Shown: piece by piece, positions 1-12,819 of the stretch
How positions within the stretch are numbered: position 1 is the first letter of the stretch
How the letters are laid out: each line of letters starts with the position of its first letter
From: Sphaerodactylus townsendi
Taxonomy: Eukaryota
DNA length: 64,000 nucleotides
NCBI RefSeq assembly: GCF_021028975.2
Contig: NC_059432.1
Location: forward strand, 29,326,001-29,390,000
Direction of reading: 5' to 3'
Position numbers and translations under genes: made by a program
Notes under the pieces: generated by a model
The model's database searches: none
Told to the model about the DNA's origin: nothing
What the model saw: only the letters and a program-made list of their open reading frames with translations

Positions 1-62
1 AATTATAATTACAATCATCATTATAATTCTACTGTATGCTCAACCAAAGAAAACCAGTAATC

Positions 63-248
63 CAGTGGTTCTCAACCTGTGGGTTGCGACTCCTTTGGGG
101 GTCGAACGACCCTTTCACAGGGGTCGCCCAAGACCATCAGAAAACGGTCTTTTTATATTTTATATATACCAATTTTATGGTTGGGGGTCACCACAACATG
201 AGGAACTGTATTAAACGGTCGCGGCATTAGGAAGGTTGAGAACCACTG
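63..248 (+). mobile_element. SPIN/URR1-type hAT MITE
   Basis: TIRs CAGTGGTTCTCAACCT / AGGTTGAGAACCACTG; 8-bp TSD cagtaatc/tagtaatc; internal sequence (GGTCACCACAACATGAGGAACTGTATTAAA) matches the URR1/SPIN MITE consensus as I recall it. Confidence 0.88.
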
Positions 249-1027
249 TAGTAATCCATTTCAGACATTCCGCATCTGCCCAAAGAGATCACCAATAGTT
301 TATCTTGCACCAGAACATCTCCCCAGTCCAGCTAACTTTTTTACCACTAGACCAGAAGGCAAGAAGAACAAGAAAAATATCTTGTGCAAGAAGACCAGTA
401 TCAGCATCATACTTGGACTGCTGCAGGACAGCAAGGCTCCACCATACTCTGCACAACAACAATGCACATGCTCAAACTTCGAGTGTGAAATATTCAAGAA
501 TGAGATACACATAGACGCACAGTGAACCTCGGGACAACATTCTTCAACATGTCAATTGTTCTCTTTTTGTTTAACATCCCTCACAAGGTTGCTGTGCTGT
601 GAGAATTACATGGAGGAACAGCAGGATAATTTTTTTTTACAGATAATACCCACAAGATACTGTTTTTGACAGTTACATATAAATGGCTTGCACTCTGAGA
701 GTAGCTTTAAGCACTGTCTCCACCAGCAGTGTCGGAGGCTGGATTTATGCACTTGCAATCTTTATAAATGAACTCATTTTCCATTTATAAAAAGGGAAAA
801 CGAGTTCACTTATAACTAATGCAACTCGTTATAAATAAGCTGCGCTGAATGGGCCTTAGTTAAGCTGATTTTCAAAGTTTAGCATTTAACCCTTTTATGC
901 CAATAACGATACTGATGACGACTTACCCCATTTATACATTGTCTTTCCAAGACAGACCACCACTGCTTCAGTTTTTAAGCTGCCACAAGGCTCCTGCGTA
1001 TTTATACCTCTGGGGTTCTGTCTGCAC

Positions 1028-1117
1028 CAGGGGTCTGCAACCTGCGGCTTTCCAGATGTTCATGGACTACAATTGTAGTCCATGAGCATCTGGAGAGCCA
1101 CAGGTTGCAGACCCCTG
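1028..1117. mobile_element. Palindromic hAT MITE in TFAM intron 1
   Basis: Near-perfect 90-bp palindrome CAGGGGTCTGCAACC...GGTTGCAGACCCCTG; TSD gtctgcac/gtctacac. Confidence 0.85.
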
Positions 1118-1314
1118 GTCTACACGAGTCATGTTGCTCGCTAGTCACAGCCCCTCAGTCGCACCCAAGAAACACAAACCCCCTTTACGGAACAAATAAG
1201 GAGACGGGGGCCGGCAAAGGGGTGGTGGTAGGGTTAGGTTTGGGTAGGCAGAGAAGGGATAAGGAAGGAGGAATGGATGTCCCAGCGTGAGTTTGTTGTT
1301 GGGATCGTTTTTAC

Positions 1315-1376
1315 CTGAGAATGTAACGCGGACCGGCCATAGTCGACAGGACACGGGCGAGCACCGAGGCCGCCAT
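1315..1376 (-). CDS. TFAM: TFAM (mitochondrial transcription factor A) probable coding exon 1; the remaining exons lie outside the window
   Basis: ATG at 1376 in a good Kozak context (GCTATGG) reads MAASVLARVLSTMAGPRYIL + AG, then a phase-2 donor CAG|GTAAAA. The peptide resembles a mitochondrial presequence (basic, no acidic residues). It sits in a CpG island immediately downstream of, and co-oriented with, UBE2D1, which is TFAM's conserved position. No HMG-box sequence is in the window, so the call rests mostly on synteny. Confidence 0.72.
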
Positions 1377-1960
1377 AGCACCGTCCCGGGTACTCTGACA
1401 ACAACCCCAACCCTCTCTGCCTCCTCACGCCTCACAGCAGCCGCCACCACGCGCCGCACGCGCGGAGCATTGTGGGGCAACCAACGCGCGGCCAAGCACG
1501 CAATCTTCCAACGGCAGGTAAGGCGCCAAACACTGGCACATGCGCCCAGCCCTCCTACCCGATTGGCGTTCAGAGAAACCCTCAGTTAAATAAAGTCTCG
1601 ACTTCCGGTTTCAAATTTTTTTCTCCACCGCCGCCATATGCGTGGCAGGGATGTGGCTCGAATTGCCACTCCTACATGTTTGGATTGGCTGGCCTTATCA
1701 CTCAGTTGGAAAGCGCGGTGATCATGCCAGTCGCACTGAGACTGTGACCTCTTGAGGAAAAGTTAAAGGACGGCGTGTTCGTCACAGGCGCCAAGGTTTC
1801 CTCTTTGAAAGGAAAAAGGAGATGGGCTGTCGCCCGGACGGGGGGCGGAGACAGCCTAATGTCGTCACTTGGCCCTCCCTCCCTCGCCTTTGGTCAAAAG
1901 GGAAGTGAGAACGTTAACGCATGCGCACTGGGCGAGGGTCGGTGGGAAGGAAGCTATTGC
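1377..1960 (-). promoter_or_regulatory. TFAM: CpG-island promoter / 5' leader of TFAM
   Basis: CpG-rich. ETS/GABP motif CCGGAAGT (- strand) at 1601-1608; NRF1-like TGCGCATGCG (- strand) at 1918-1927 and GCACATGCGC at 1536-1545; CCAAT boxes near 1562 and 1684; GC box at 1841-1850. NRF1 and GABP/NRF2 are established TFAM regulators. Confidence 0.7.
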
Positions 1961-2008
1961 AGCAAGAGCCAGGGAAGACTGAGTCCCTGGGTGAACAAGC
2001 TTTTAAAG

Positions 2009-2176
2009 CAGGGGTGTCCAACTGTAGCCCTCCAGATGTTCATGGACTACGATTCCCATCAGTCCCTGCCAGCATGGCTAATTGTATTTTTCATTCAAGT
2101 CAATTGGCCATGCTGGCAGGGACTGATGGAAATTGTAGTTCATTAACATCTGGTGGGCCACAGTTGGACACCCTTA
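2009..2176. mobile_element. Palindromic hAT MITE upstream of TFAM
   Basis: Fold-back element related to 1028-1117 (CCAGATGTTCATGGACTAC); TSD ttttaaag/ctttaaag. Confidence 0.8.
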
Positions 2177-5100
2177 CTTTAAAGGCTCTGTAACCAAGAC
2201 AGGAAACTTGCACACTGCTGGTCATAAATTTATTTCCCCCAAATATTGATTTTCATCACCTTTTAGACCCGGTGGCATTCTCACACCTATCGTGTGCCAT
2301 AAAGATTCAGGTTCACTAATGATTTATCGGCACTATTAGGACTGGCTGTAGAGTCCACTGTTATAGTAGTTTGATCAAAATTGATTTTTATAATCTGGTT
2401 TTATTATTCTGCATCTAATTATTATATATCGTGTTTATTGGTATGTATTTTCTATATTTTTAGCTAGCCCCACCTTGGTGGGGGGGAGAAGTGTGATATA
2501 AAACAAACAAATAAATAACCTACAAAAACCAATCTGAGTTTGACAGAAGAGTTAACTTATTAGACACAGCTGCGGATAACCTCAGAGTAGTAAACTAGTT
2601 TTTTTTAAATGGCTGAGTAGTAGTATTGCTTTTCAAAGTATACCCCTTTATTTGGCCATTAAATGTTTATACACAGTGAAGGTCAGAAAACAACATGGCG
2701 TTTGTGAATTATGTACTTTGAGCTCACACTGTAGCACAAAAAGTAACACACCAGTAGCACCCTTTCAAACATAAGACAATCCATGCTAGATCAGACCAAG
2801 GCCCAGCAGTTTGTTCACTCAGTGGCTAACCAGGGGCCAAATTAAGAAACCTTCAAGACTTTAAGAAATTTCATTCTAACGTGAGCTTTCCTGAGTCAGA
2901 GACCAGCTCCATTCATCACATGTATGAACTACTGTTAGCCTGTTTTTTCTCCTGGAAGATGTAATGGGGGGAGGGGAGAGAGAGAGAGAGATAACGTCTG
3001 GAGATGTGAGATTCCCTACTACAAAGGAGTTGGCAACATGTCTGTCATTAGAGCTCAAAGACACCATGTAATGAATACACCACATTTTTAAAAACTTGTT
3101 ACTGAGCATCATGTTCTACGTCAGCAGTCTAAACTCGTTGCTCCATTGGCAGTCAAGAAGCCTCCCCAAGGAGTCAGATTTGCCAAGGCAAGCAGAGGAC
3201 AACACGCACAAGCACCTGCTGTATACATATTGAGTGCCACTGGTCCCTTCTCTGAGTCAGTTGAAAGTGAAGCGCGTAAGGATAAAACAGACAAATTCCG
3301 GTTTCAAATCAAATCTCTTTATTTTTCATTCAAGCCTCAGCTGACATCTTTAGGCAGAAAAATATCACATCAGAAGTCGCTAGAAAGTACGCCTTATTTA
3401 ACATTAACTAGAATGACTAAAGATTACACTTCTGAAAAGTTCAGTGATACAGAGATCCTTTGCTTTAGTCATGCCAATCGTGCCATGTGTGGAATATACA
3501 GAGAATAATGGGATGGCTCAGTAAATGCCCTTTGCTAAGGCCGTGTACAGTATAAAGTGGGATTTGGTAAGAGGGACTGAAGCACAGACAACATTTAGGC
3601 CACCATAATGGAAGCACCAGGACTGAGCAAACATAATGAAAACTAAAGAACCTTACAGGGAATTATTCAAATAGCAGAGGAAGGACATTCACCAGGGAAT
3701 ATAAAATGTTTCAATGGGAATTTCAACACCCTTAGTTATTGAAAGCCATACTTCAAAACAAGCCCAGAGAATGAAGTAATTCATGGTACTATTTTATTAA
3801 GATTATTTTAGCTCCATATGAAACTCTCCAAATTAGTTTTCAATGACACTGATGCATGGGGCGAGGGGAGTATGGCTTCAACACACTTGCCTTTCAAAAA
3901 GCCCTGTGAAGAAGGAAGAGTAAAAGTCTTGCTGATCTGCACCTATTTTGCTCAGCCTGAAGACTTTGCATTATGGTAAGTAAATTCCTTTTTGTATGAT
4001 GCATACTTCAAAGCATAGTAACAATTTAAATAGTTTCAAACCAGCCTCCATATAATTAGAAAAGCAGAAGATTAAATGCTCTTTCGCTTAACAGGCATGC
4101 AAAATCAAACTGCCAAATTTCATAGTCCTCTGCAGGGGATTAAGGACTATAAATTCTTCTGGGACAAACATATCGTAAGATAGGCAGGGATTTAAAAAGA
4201 AGTCTGGGACATCAGTCAGCAGTTAGTGTTAAGTATTTATGACAGATGTGATTAATTGCTTTGCCTTCTAAGGTATGGCATCCCTTTTTTACTTCAAGTA
4301 TAGTGGAAACATCATTTACTGCACGGGAAAGCTTATTGGCTGTTTTGCAGACTGATGTATTTCACAGCAAGCAATGACACAGAAGAAATGTAACAATATT
4401 TTTCAGTGCTTATTTCATAAAGCTTCCATCTTAAAGAGCTGATTGTATACATTGAGGTAAAAAAAATCCTAAACTCTCAATTACCTTTATGTACAAGTGA
4501 CCAGTACAGATTTTTTTTCCCTAGGCCATGAGAGCTACCTAAGACGTTTAACATTTAAACATTTTTTTCCTTTAAATTCCAGTAATAGAAAAATAGCCAC
4601 TGGGATGCTTGCCTCACTTCTACACATTCCAGTTATATATGTGCTTTTTTACAAAAAAGTTGTTCCTTGGTATAGCAAAGCACTATAACTATATTCCCTT
4701 CTCCAGAAGGGGTCAAATGGGGTCTGCAACGGCAAACTTGCCATTCAAGCAAGCTGTGTTTAATAATTACTGCAGCCACAAACTAAAAAGCTTTTCACAA
4801 GGGTGTAGTATTCCATGACCACACACACCTTTTTTTAAGCATCCTCGTTTTCAAAGAACCGAAGGCTGTTTTCTCCATACATGCATGGAGAAGTATGTGT
4901 GTGTGATTAAAAATATTAGTTTAAGAGTGTAGAAGTATGAGATCAAAATATTGTTACACAGTTGAGGGAAATAGCTTCAATGACACTGCAAAATTAATAA
5001 GTTATTAATTTAAGCAAAGTGTGGGGCTTAACAATTTTGTTAGTCAAAGTAGTTTTCTGTATTGGGTACAAGATCCAACAACTCAGATCATACACAATAC

Positions 5101-5279
5101 AACACAATGAATCACACACATAAAATTGTGTAACAGCTTCCATAACATATTCAAGAATTCGCAGCAATTTCAAACACATGGGCCTGCTTCTCCCAATAGT
5201 CATTCATATATTTAGCAATATTTTGATCTTTTCAGAGCAAGCACATGTGAAGAATGTGCAAGACTTAAAGAACAGCCAA

Positions 5280-6072
5280 GACAAGTAGTAAAAAACACAT
5301 TTTATTTGTATGGAAAAGCTTCAAGTCAATTTGTTAAAAGGTCAAAGATTATATTGCCCACCTGGGATAAAAAAAAAGTCAGCTGTGAACAGAACAAAAT
5401 TAGTTACATTTCTTTCTACAGAGCAGTGCAATTAGTTCACATTGCAATAAAATTAAGTATGCAACAGAATCAAAACCAAGTGTTTCCCCATAATCGGCAT
5501 ACTGAGAATTAGAGTGCAAAGTTTTGTTTTAAGTCTATCAGTTTACAGAGTATTCCTTTGGGAAGGAAAATGTCTTTTATTTCATCAATACTGTGCAGAA
5601 AGTCTAAAGTAAGTTGACTTACATGGTAAATAAAATATAGTCTATACAGTAAAAAAAATACAAATTATACAATGAACTAACAAAGAATGAAATACAGACA
5701 GACTTACAGGACCAACATCTCAAAGACACACAGAATAGTTCATGTAACACCTAGTTTTTCAGCAAAAATAATTTGGTTGCTCTACAACTGCATTGTGACT
5801 CTTGTAGGCTGGAGATGCAGATGTCCAAGTATCTTAAAAAAAAAGTAATAAATGTCTTTTGCAAAGCATACAAAAAGGATAAATACTCTCATCACAGTCT
5901 TCAGGTTAATTTTTGTAGTTATTTCCTTGTTCCAGAAACACATTTATACTGGTGAAAATCAAAAAGGGCCTCATGGTACACTGAAACAGTAAACTGTGCT
6001 CCACGTACTTCTAATTTTGAAAAAACCCTAGAATTTACAGTACTCTGGTATATATGAAAAAGTCTTCAAAGT
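5280..6072 (-). other. UBE2D1: UBE2D1 3' UTR (minimum extent) with candidate poly(A) signals
   Basis: AU-rich sequence with no recognisable repeats after the stop. AATAAA on the - strand at 5576-5581 and 5301-5306; further candidates near 3793 and at 3318-3323 could define longer isoforms. Confidence 0.6.
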
Positions 6073-6118
6073 TTACATTGCATATTTCTGGGTCCATTCT
6101 CTTGCATGTCTGTTATAT
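6073..6118 (-). CDS. UBE2D1: UBE2D1 exon 7 coding part, YNRHAREWTQKYAM-stop
   Basis: 46 nt ending in TAA. The exons sum to 24+64+32+78+106+94+46 = 444 nt, i.e. 147 aa plus stop. Confidence 0.98.
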
Positions 6119-6540
6119 CTGTTTAAAAAAAATGGGGAGGGGAACATATTCACCAAAATGTCGCCACAGATAAACTGTACAGATTTCTACAAGCTATTTC
6201 TACCAGTTATTGGAATATTCATGATCTTGCTAAATTGCATGTTTCAGTTAGCAAGATCTCCTTTGAATCGATGTAAGAACAGACCAACGCACCATGAGTA
6301 ACGAGATACAGAAGCATTCCTGCCCAAGCAAAGGAACAGGTGTCGGGTAGGAAGTGAGGTCCTTTGCCAATTCAAAGCACTATGTGTGGTGCTAGTAGCT
6401 TCCTGAAACAAACAGTGGGTTGGGGAGAGCAGGTTGGGCCACCAAAGTCCACTTGAATATTAGCCTTGCAGGCTGCCTAGAGTACAAGGCTGCTGCTGGC
6501 CCCTAGAGAGAGTTCACAACTGGTTGTTATTGCTGTAGGA

Positions 6541-7045
6541 CAGTGGTGGCGAACCTATGGCACGGGTGCCAGAGGTGGCACTCAGAGCCCTCTCTGTGGG
6601 CACTCGCAAACGGAGTCACACCCCCCCACACACATCTAGGATGGCCTGGGCCTCTGGGCTCGATTATTAGCATTAAACCTAAGACCTAGTTTTGGGGAGT
6701 CAGTGTAGGTAACCCTGTTAAGCGCTGTTAAACCCCACTGATTTTCATGCAAAGAACTAAAGCGCAATTTTTTACCTGGGAGTAAGCCCGGTTGCTGGCA
6801 ATGGGGCTTGCTACTGAGTAAACCCTCTTTGGGTCGTGATTCACCCATTGGAAGAGTTGCACAGATGCTTCATAGCAGAACCAAGAAGCTTACTCCCGTG
6901 TAACACACACCTTGGAGCCAGCTGTTTTTTTCTAAACTAAAACCTCAGTATTCAGGTCAAATTGCCTTATTGGCACTTTGTGATAAACAAGCGGGTTTTG
7001 GGTTGCAATTTGGGCACTCGGTCTCTAAAAGGTTCGCCATCACTG
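6541..7045 (+). mobile_element. Non-autonomous hAT element (CAGTGGTGGCGAACC family), longest copy
   Basis: TIRs CAGTGGTGGCGAACCT / AGGTTCGCCATCACTG; perfect TSD CTGTAGGA. Confidence 0.9.
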
Positions 7046-7108
7046 CTGTAGGATGAATCCTTGGTGCTGCTTAAGGCACTGCTAAATCAATAGAATGCCT
7101 GATAAAGA

Positions 7109-7299
7109 GGCAGCCAGCTAGTGTGGTGCAGTCAGACCAGGATCTGGGAGGCCTAGGTTGAAAACTGCCATGGAAGCACACACTGCCAGCCTAATTTACC
7201 TCACAGGGTTGCTGTGGGGATAAAATGGAGGTAAGGCGAACAGCATAAGCTGCTTTGTATCCTCATTGGAGAGAAAGGTGGTGTATAAATAAAATAAAT
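7109..7299 (+). mobile_element. tRNA-derived SINE with an L2-like tail (Squam3/MIR-like)
   Basis: Degenerate tRNA head, CCTCACAGGGTTG core, TATAAATAAAATAAAT tail. Similar fragments at about 34590-34725, 38130-38245 and 51235-51410. Confidence 0.6.
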
Positions 7300-7390
7300 C
7301 AGTTGTGCCCCCCGTGCCACGTTTATGAGCCAGAGAGGTTAAAAAATAAGAGGCTTTTTTGGTTATGTCCGTAGCCTAATGCAGACAAGG

Positions 7391-7730
7391 CCTACCCACC
7401 CTAGCAGAGGGAGAGAAAAGGGAGGGAGGAGGAAGGATGGCAGGGAGGGGAGGGGTGGCATGCAAGGGAAGGGGCGTGTGGGGAGTGAGTGAGTGAGTGA
7501 GGAGTGGCATGCAAGGGGAGGGGTGGCATGGAAGGGGGGGCAGCATCTGGACATAGCCCATCGACCCTAGTGGAGGGAGAGGGAAGGGAGGGAGGGGGAA
7601 GGGTGGCATGCAAGGGAAGGGGAGGGAGGGGAAGGGGCCCCAGCATCTGGACATGGCCCATCCACCCTAGCGGAGGGAGGGGAGGAAGGGGGAGGGGTGG
7701 CATGCAAGGGAAGGGGAGGAAGGAAGAGGT
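7391..7730. repeat. G/purine-rich degenerate minisatellite
   Basis: Recurrent GGTGGCATGCAAGGGAAGGGG, CAGCATCTGGACAT and ACCCTAG units with a period of about 100 bp. Confidence 0.85.
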
Positions 7731-8571
7731 GTGTATATATATACACTCCACTCCGCTGATATACAAAGCCATGAGAATATATAGGAGTAGAAAAATTATT
7801 CAGAGAGTATAAAAAAGATGCAAAGAGAAACCAATCAAGTGGCAAGGATCAGAAGAGACAACTGACATTAATTTGGAAGCACGGGGCTCTCAAACCAGTC
7901 TGATACCCCCACATTATATTCCCTTAATCTCCCACGTGACCTAACCTACAATAGGGTTAGAGAGGTTTTTGCCTGAATTGCAGAAATATTTGGTGTCATA
8001 AGTTCTTTATCACAAAAGCTTACTAAATGAGTGAAGCATCTATATTGATCTACTTACATTTCATGACGGGGTAGAGGAGATATTTAATGCCAACCAAACC
8101 TACATATCACTGCCTCTGTCGCTCAGTTATAATACCATACAATTTTAAGACAGTGAATCTAATGGATGACCCAACACAGCTAAAATCTCAAACTCAATGT
8201 AATGGGCTTGTATTGAATTACAACAGACCATAGAAAGATACACCCCAACTTTGTTTGAAGACCACCCAAAGCAGTATGTGGAGTTCTCTTCCCAAAATTG
8301 GTTGGTACAATACTTTAACATTTAAAGAGTAGATTTCTAACATTTGGCAAAAGTAGTTTGTTATCTAGAAATATCAGCAAGGTCACACATTAAAGCCAAG
8401 CAAGCAGATCACCGTTTGACATTTTTTGACTAGTGACAGTAAGATCTCTCATTTGCAGGGGGATGAAGGCATTACTGAAAAGCATATAAAATGGTTGAAT
8501 CATAAAGCAAAAGAGGCAAAGAACAGAACAGCAGTCAGCATTTAAAAAAAAATGTGATATGTTCACACTTA

Positions 8572-8694
<123 letters not shown>

Positions 8695-8775
8695 TCAATG
8701 ATTTGTGTACAGTAAATCAAGAGATAATCCATCGTCATTTTTGCACTTCATGAAATTATAAGCCTTCTCTCAAAT

Positions 8776-8815
8776 ACACACACACACGCACGCACGCACA
8801 CACACACACACACAC
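8776..8815. repeat. Compound (CA)n/(CGCA)n microsatellite
   Basis: Directly visible, about 110 nt upstream of the UBE2D1 exon 6 acceptor, reading (UG)n in the pre-mRNA. Confidence 0.95.
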
Positions 8816-9057
8816 GAAAGTCAACATATTTAGAAATCCTTACATGGCTAACCCTTCTACAGAAAGGAGCTATAATCCCCCTCCCTCCCCCACTGATCTA
8901 AGGAAATGTGCTGGAAGCAGTTAGGTGCTTGAAGCATATTGTTCTCTTTCAGCAGGGGTCAAAATTCATACCATGAAAATACCCAACCCTTAACTGTTTT
9001 AAAGGCCTACCACCTACAGAAGCAGGCAATACTCTTTATGCTGGCTGGTATCCCCGC

Positions 9058-9516
9058 CAGGGGTGTGCAAAAAAAAAAATACTGGTAAGAATTTGGACTT
9101 GGATCTAAAGGACCTGATTTTGGGGGAGAATCCTAGATATTTCTAAACCAGGATTAGCCCTGAATCTGAATTTTACTTCCATGTTGACCCCCATCTCTCC
9201 TTTCCATTGCTTACCTGAGCTCCAGGAGCAGAGATGGCTGCTTCCAAGTCTCACTTGGAACCTAGAGGCTTGTAGCAGAGGAGTTTTGCCCCTGCTGCAG
9301 TCTCCAAGTCCTAACTTGGAGGCCACAGAAGTGAAGTTGACCAGAAGGTAAGTGACGGGAGAGGGAGGGAGGGAGGGAGAAGAGAAGGGGATTCTTTAAA
9401 AAAATGGCAATGGGGCCAAAGTAGCCCAAATTGTGCTGAAAATTTCCTTTTTCAGGTGAAAAAACCTCTGAAAAAATAAGGGGGGGGGGTCTGGCTTTGC
9501 CAAAGGCACATCCCTA
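9058..9516. mobile_element. Degenerate non-autonomous hAT element
   Basis: Ends CAGGGGTGTGC / GCACATCCCTA; imperfect 8-bp TSD atccccgc/atccccat. Confidence 0.6.
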
Positions 9517-10323
9517 ATCCCCATCCTAAACTTCAGAAACAATGCAGCAATTCAAAAATGATCTGATCAAAGTAAGTGTGTTGGATCCAAAGAACCATGA
9601 ACAGAGGAAGTTTACTATTTTAAGATATCTACTGCCTTTCTTCACCTCACAGTGAACCAAAATTCATGGGACAGACCACTGCCTTTTCCCCCTAGTTTCC
9701 TGGGTTCTCTAGAAACCTGCTGTGTAGAGTCAATCGGTAATAGAGTGGTATACAGCTGGGCTTCGGGAGAACTGCTACTCAAGAGAAATATGGAGAAACC
9801 ATCTTCTTGCATTAGCTTCTCTCTAAATGACTCAAGAGTTCATACATAAGCAAATGGGCAATTTCTGCCGATTCCTCTTTCTTGCTGCAGTTCCTTTTAC
9901 CATGTCCTGTTCAAAGGCCCATGGCCTTAAGAAGCAGCTTTCCAGGGGTACAGATGATGGAGGAGAGATCTGTTTCTTAAACTTGTGCATCCACATTTCA
10001 CTGGATCCATCCCAGCATCTTATTTAGCTAGGAACATGCATTGTCCAGGAACCAAAGAGCTTCTTAAGGAAAGCCCCAGATGTTCTGGTATTTTTCTCCC
10101 CTTTCAAATGAAGATCTCACATCAAATCTCAAACTGGTTTTAAGAGGCGGCTGTTACCACATAGAGAGCTGCTCTTTAAAAAAATGTCTACCCATAGGTC
10201 TATAGAACCAGTTCAACAATGTTTTATATATATCTTAACTACTGCAAATCATTTTAACATGACACTAATAGCATTCAGTTACCAGCCAGTTCTATGTAAA
10301 CTATTACAAATGTCACTTCAGTG

Positions 10324-10490
10324 CAGAGGCGGAGGAAGAAACTGCGCTCAGGGCGTGTGTGCGCCCTGCGCCCCTTATGCGGCATTGCCCACCCCCACCC
10401 TGCCACGCCCCCTCAACGGCCCGGCCATGCCTCCACTGCTGCTCCACCAGGGCATTGCACCCCCCTCGCCCCATGGGCACTATGCCACTG
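10324..10490. mobile_element. GC-rich hAT-like MITE
   Basis: Ends CAGAGGCG / TGCCACTG; imperfect TSD cttcagtg/cttcaacg; a GC-rich block in an AT-rich intron. Confidence 0.6.
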
Positions 10491-11135
10491 CTTCAACGTG
10501 ATGAGAATATCTCTCATTCCAAAAATATTTTAAACAGGGCTTCATAAGACATAATACGTTAAAAACCATTTGAACTCTTAAACATTCCAATGCACACCAG
10601 TCCTATACAAATCTTTTTCCAAAGCAAGGACCTAGCAACACACACAAGCCTTTTGTACAGCTAGATGTTATTCTTAATGATCAACTATCATTAATGACAC
10701 TAAAAATGCTGTAACATGACTGACTATATTTCCATTAAGGCTTTGTTCCACGCTTACAGTATCTTCTTGAATGGTTAAAGGAAAAAAATTCCTTATTGTA
10801 CTTAAGAACCGGAGCATTGACAGCTTAGGTCTCATATAGCTCACTTCCATACACAAATCATGTTGCAGATGCCCTTCTGCTGAAAGGGCACAATAGCAGA
10901 TAGACAGATTTTAAGGAAAGGTGGGTTACCATAAAACTGTTTTCCTTTGCAGACAGAGAGCATGGATTCAACCCCCCGCTCCCCGTCACCAGCTAATAGG
11001 GAAGCAGCAGTAGTGCAGCATTAGTTCCTGTGGAAACATCACAAGCAGCACAGAGCATCTTCCTTTACCCAAACATAACAGCCATAAACATGGGAAACAG
11101 GAACTTCAATATAAAAGGAAGAACAGGATATTTTA

Positions 11136-11315
<180 letters not shown>

Positions 11316-12025
11316 TTACTTCATCTCCATCTGACATCTCTCAAAGCACAATGCCTTGGCTTAACTCAAACAGGGATACATTCTGTTACACAATCTGTTA
11401 CCAACACATAAGTAAGACCAGATACAGTTCTGTTCCCAGATTAAGATGATACAAAACCTGCCTTATGTTAGAAGGGCTACATAGAACATGCTGATCCAAT
11501 CCTTCTGGTGGAACCTAAATCTTCATAGAATAGACAGCCACACAAAATTTTCTGATGTTTATGCTGCCTTCTACTTTCAATAAAGTGCAACCTTGAATGG
11601 AGCTGGGCATAATGCATAGGTGTCAGCTACCGCGAAGCCATTGCAAAATTCAAATTTCCACAAAAAAGATCAACAATTCCAAATGAGCAAGTGCAAAAAA
11701 TACTTTCCAACAATGTACAGTTTTATCTGTACCACTAAGCCCACCAATGGTCCTCAAAGGATTTAGATTTTATTCTATTGACATCTTGATAAACTGTAAT
11801 GGTAATTTATTGGTATTGAGCCCAAAAGGGGAAGGGCAGCATATTAGATCTCATCAAATAAAATAAATGAACATGTATGATTGGTGGTTTTTGAACAGAA
11901 CTCGAAGGAAGTGAAGCGTTCTCTGAACAGGACTCTTCAACAAGAATATCAATAATGAAGGGAAGCATTCCTGAAAGACAAAGAACTCACCCCCACAAGT
12001 TATTCATAAAATGTGCAACTGCACA

Positions 12026-12121
12026 TTTGGGATACATTATAAGTCTATGGCTTACGGTTTGGGATACATTATAAGTCTATGGCTTACGGTTTGGGATACA
12101 TTATAAGTCTATGGCTTACGG
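12026..12121. repeat. Perfect tandem repeat, 3 x 32 bp
   Basis: TTTGGGATACATTATAAGTCTATGGCTTACGG three times with no mismatch and no spacers. Confidence 0.97.
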
Positions 12122-12699
12122 AGCACAATGGTGGGGTCTAGACCAGATCCCACATTTGATCCCACGCTCCTGTTTGTTCTGATTCCAGAATCCTCTGCAA
12201 AATGTAGTGGGACTGTGACATATGGCAATGGCTCCTTGAAGCTAGAAATCCACTAATTTAAATTAATTACGTTCAACCCTAGCAAACTGACAAATACAAT
12301 GGGTTGGATACCCTCTAAGTTCCATATACAGAAGCACACCCCCTGCCCAATGCAGCCCACAATGAAGGAAGTGGCAGGGGGGAGGACACCACTGGTAAAA
12401 ACGGTGTCTATTTTCACGAGATCAAAAACATTTTATTTTATTTAAAATAGCTTTATCCCAAACTCACATTTTTAATTCAAAATAATGAATGTTAAAGGGA
12501 CAGCAACACAGCTTTTGTCAACTATTTCTAGTGTTGTCGTATTCTGCATGTGGTCCACAACACTCTGCAATAGCTCTCGCCCTTAAATTCCTCCTCTTGC
12601 TTCAGCTGTTCTCCGTGAGGATGCTCCTCATGCATTTAACTCTTGACAACTTCGAACCAGTCTCTTAATGAAATGAAAACTGCATCTGGTCTGTTATCA

Positions 12700-12819
<120 letters not shown>

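Noticed and set aside
1000-1030. Minus-strand CAGAACCCCAGAG|GTATAA as the end of TFAM exon 2 (QNP motif)
   Set aside because: Phase and upstream translation do not give the PKxP HMG-box start, and the sequence abuts a MITE. Exon 2 is probably outside the window.
1145-1495. 116-aa ORF from the track as TFAM
   Set aside because: Non-ATG start, different frame from the Kozak ATG at 1376, and it runs through the splice donor.
12026-12121. 32-bp identical repeats as a CRISPR array
   Set aside because: No spacers, no cas genes, vertebrate intron; a simple tandem repeat.
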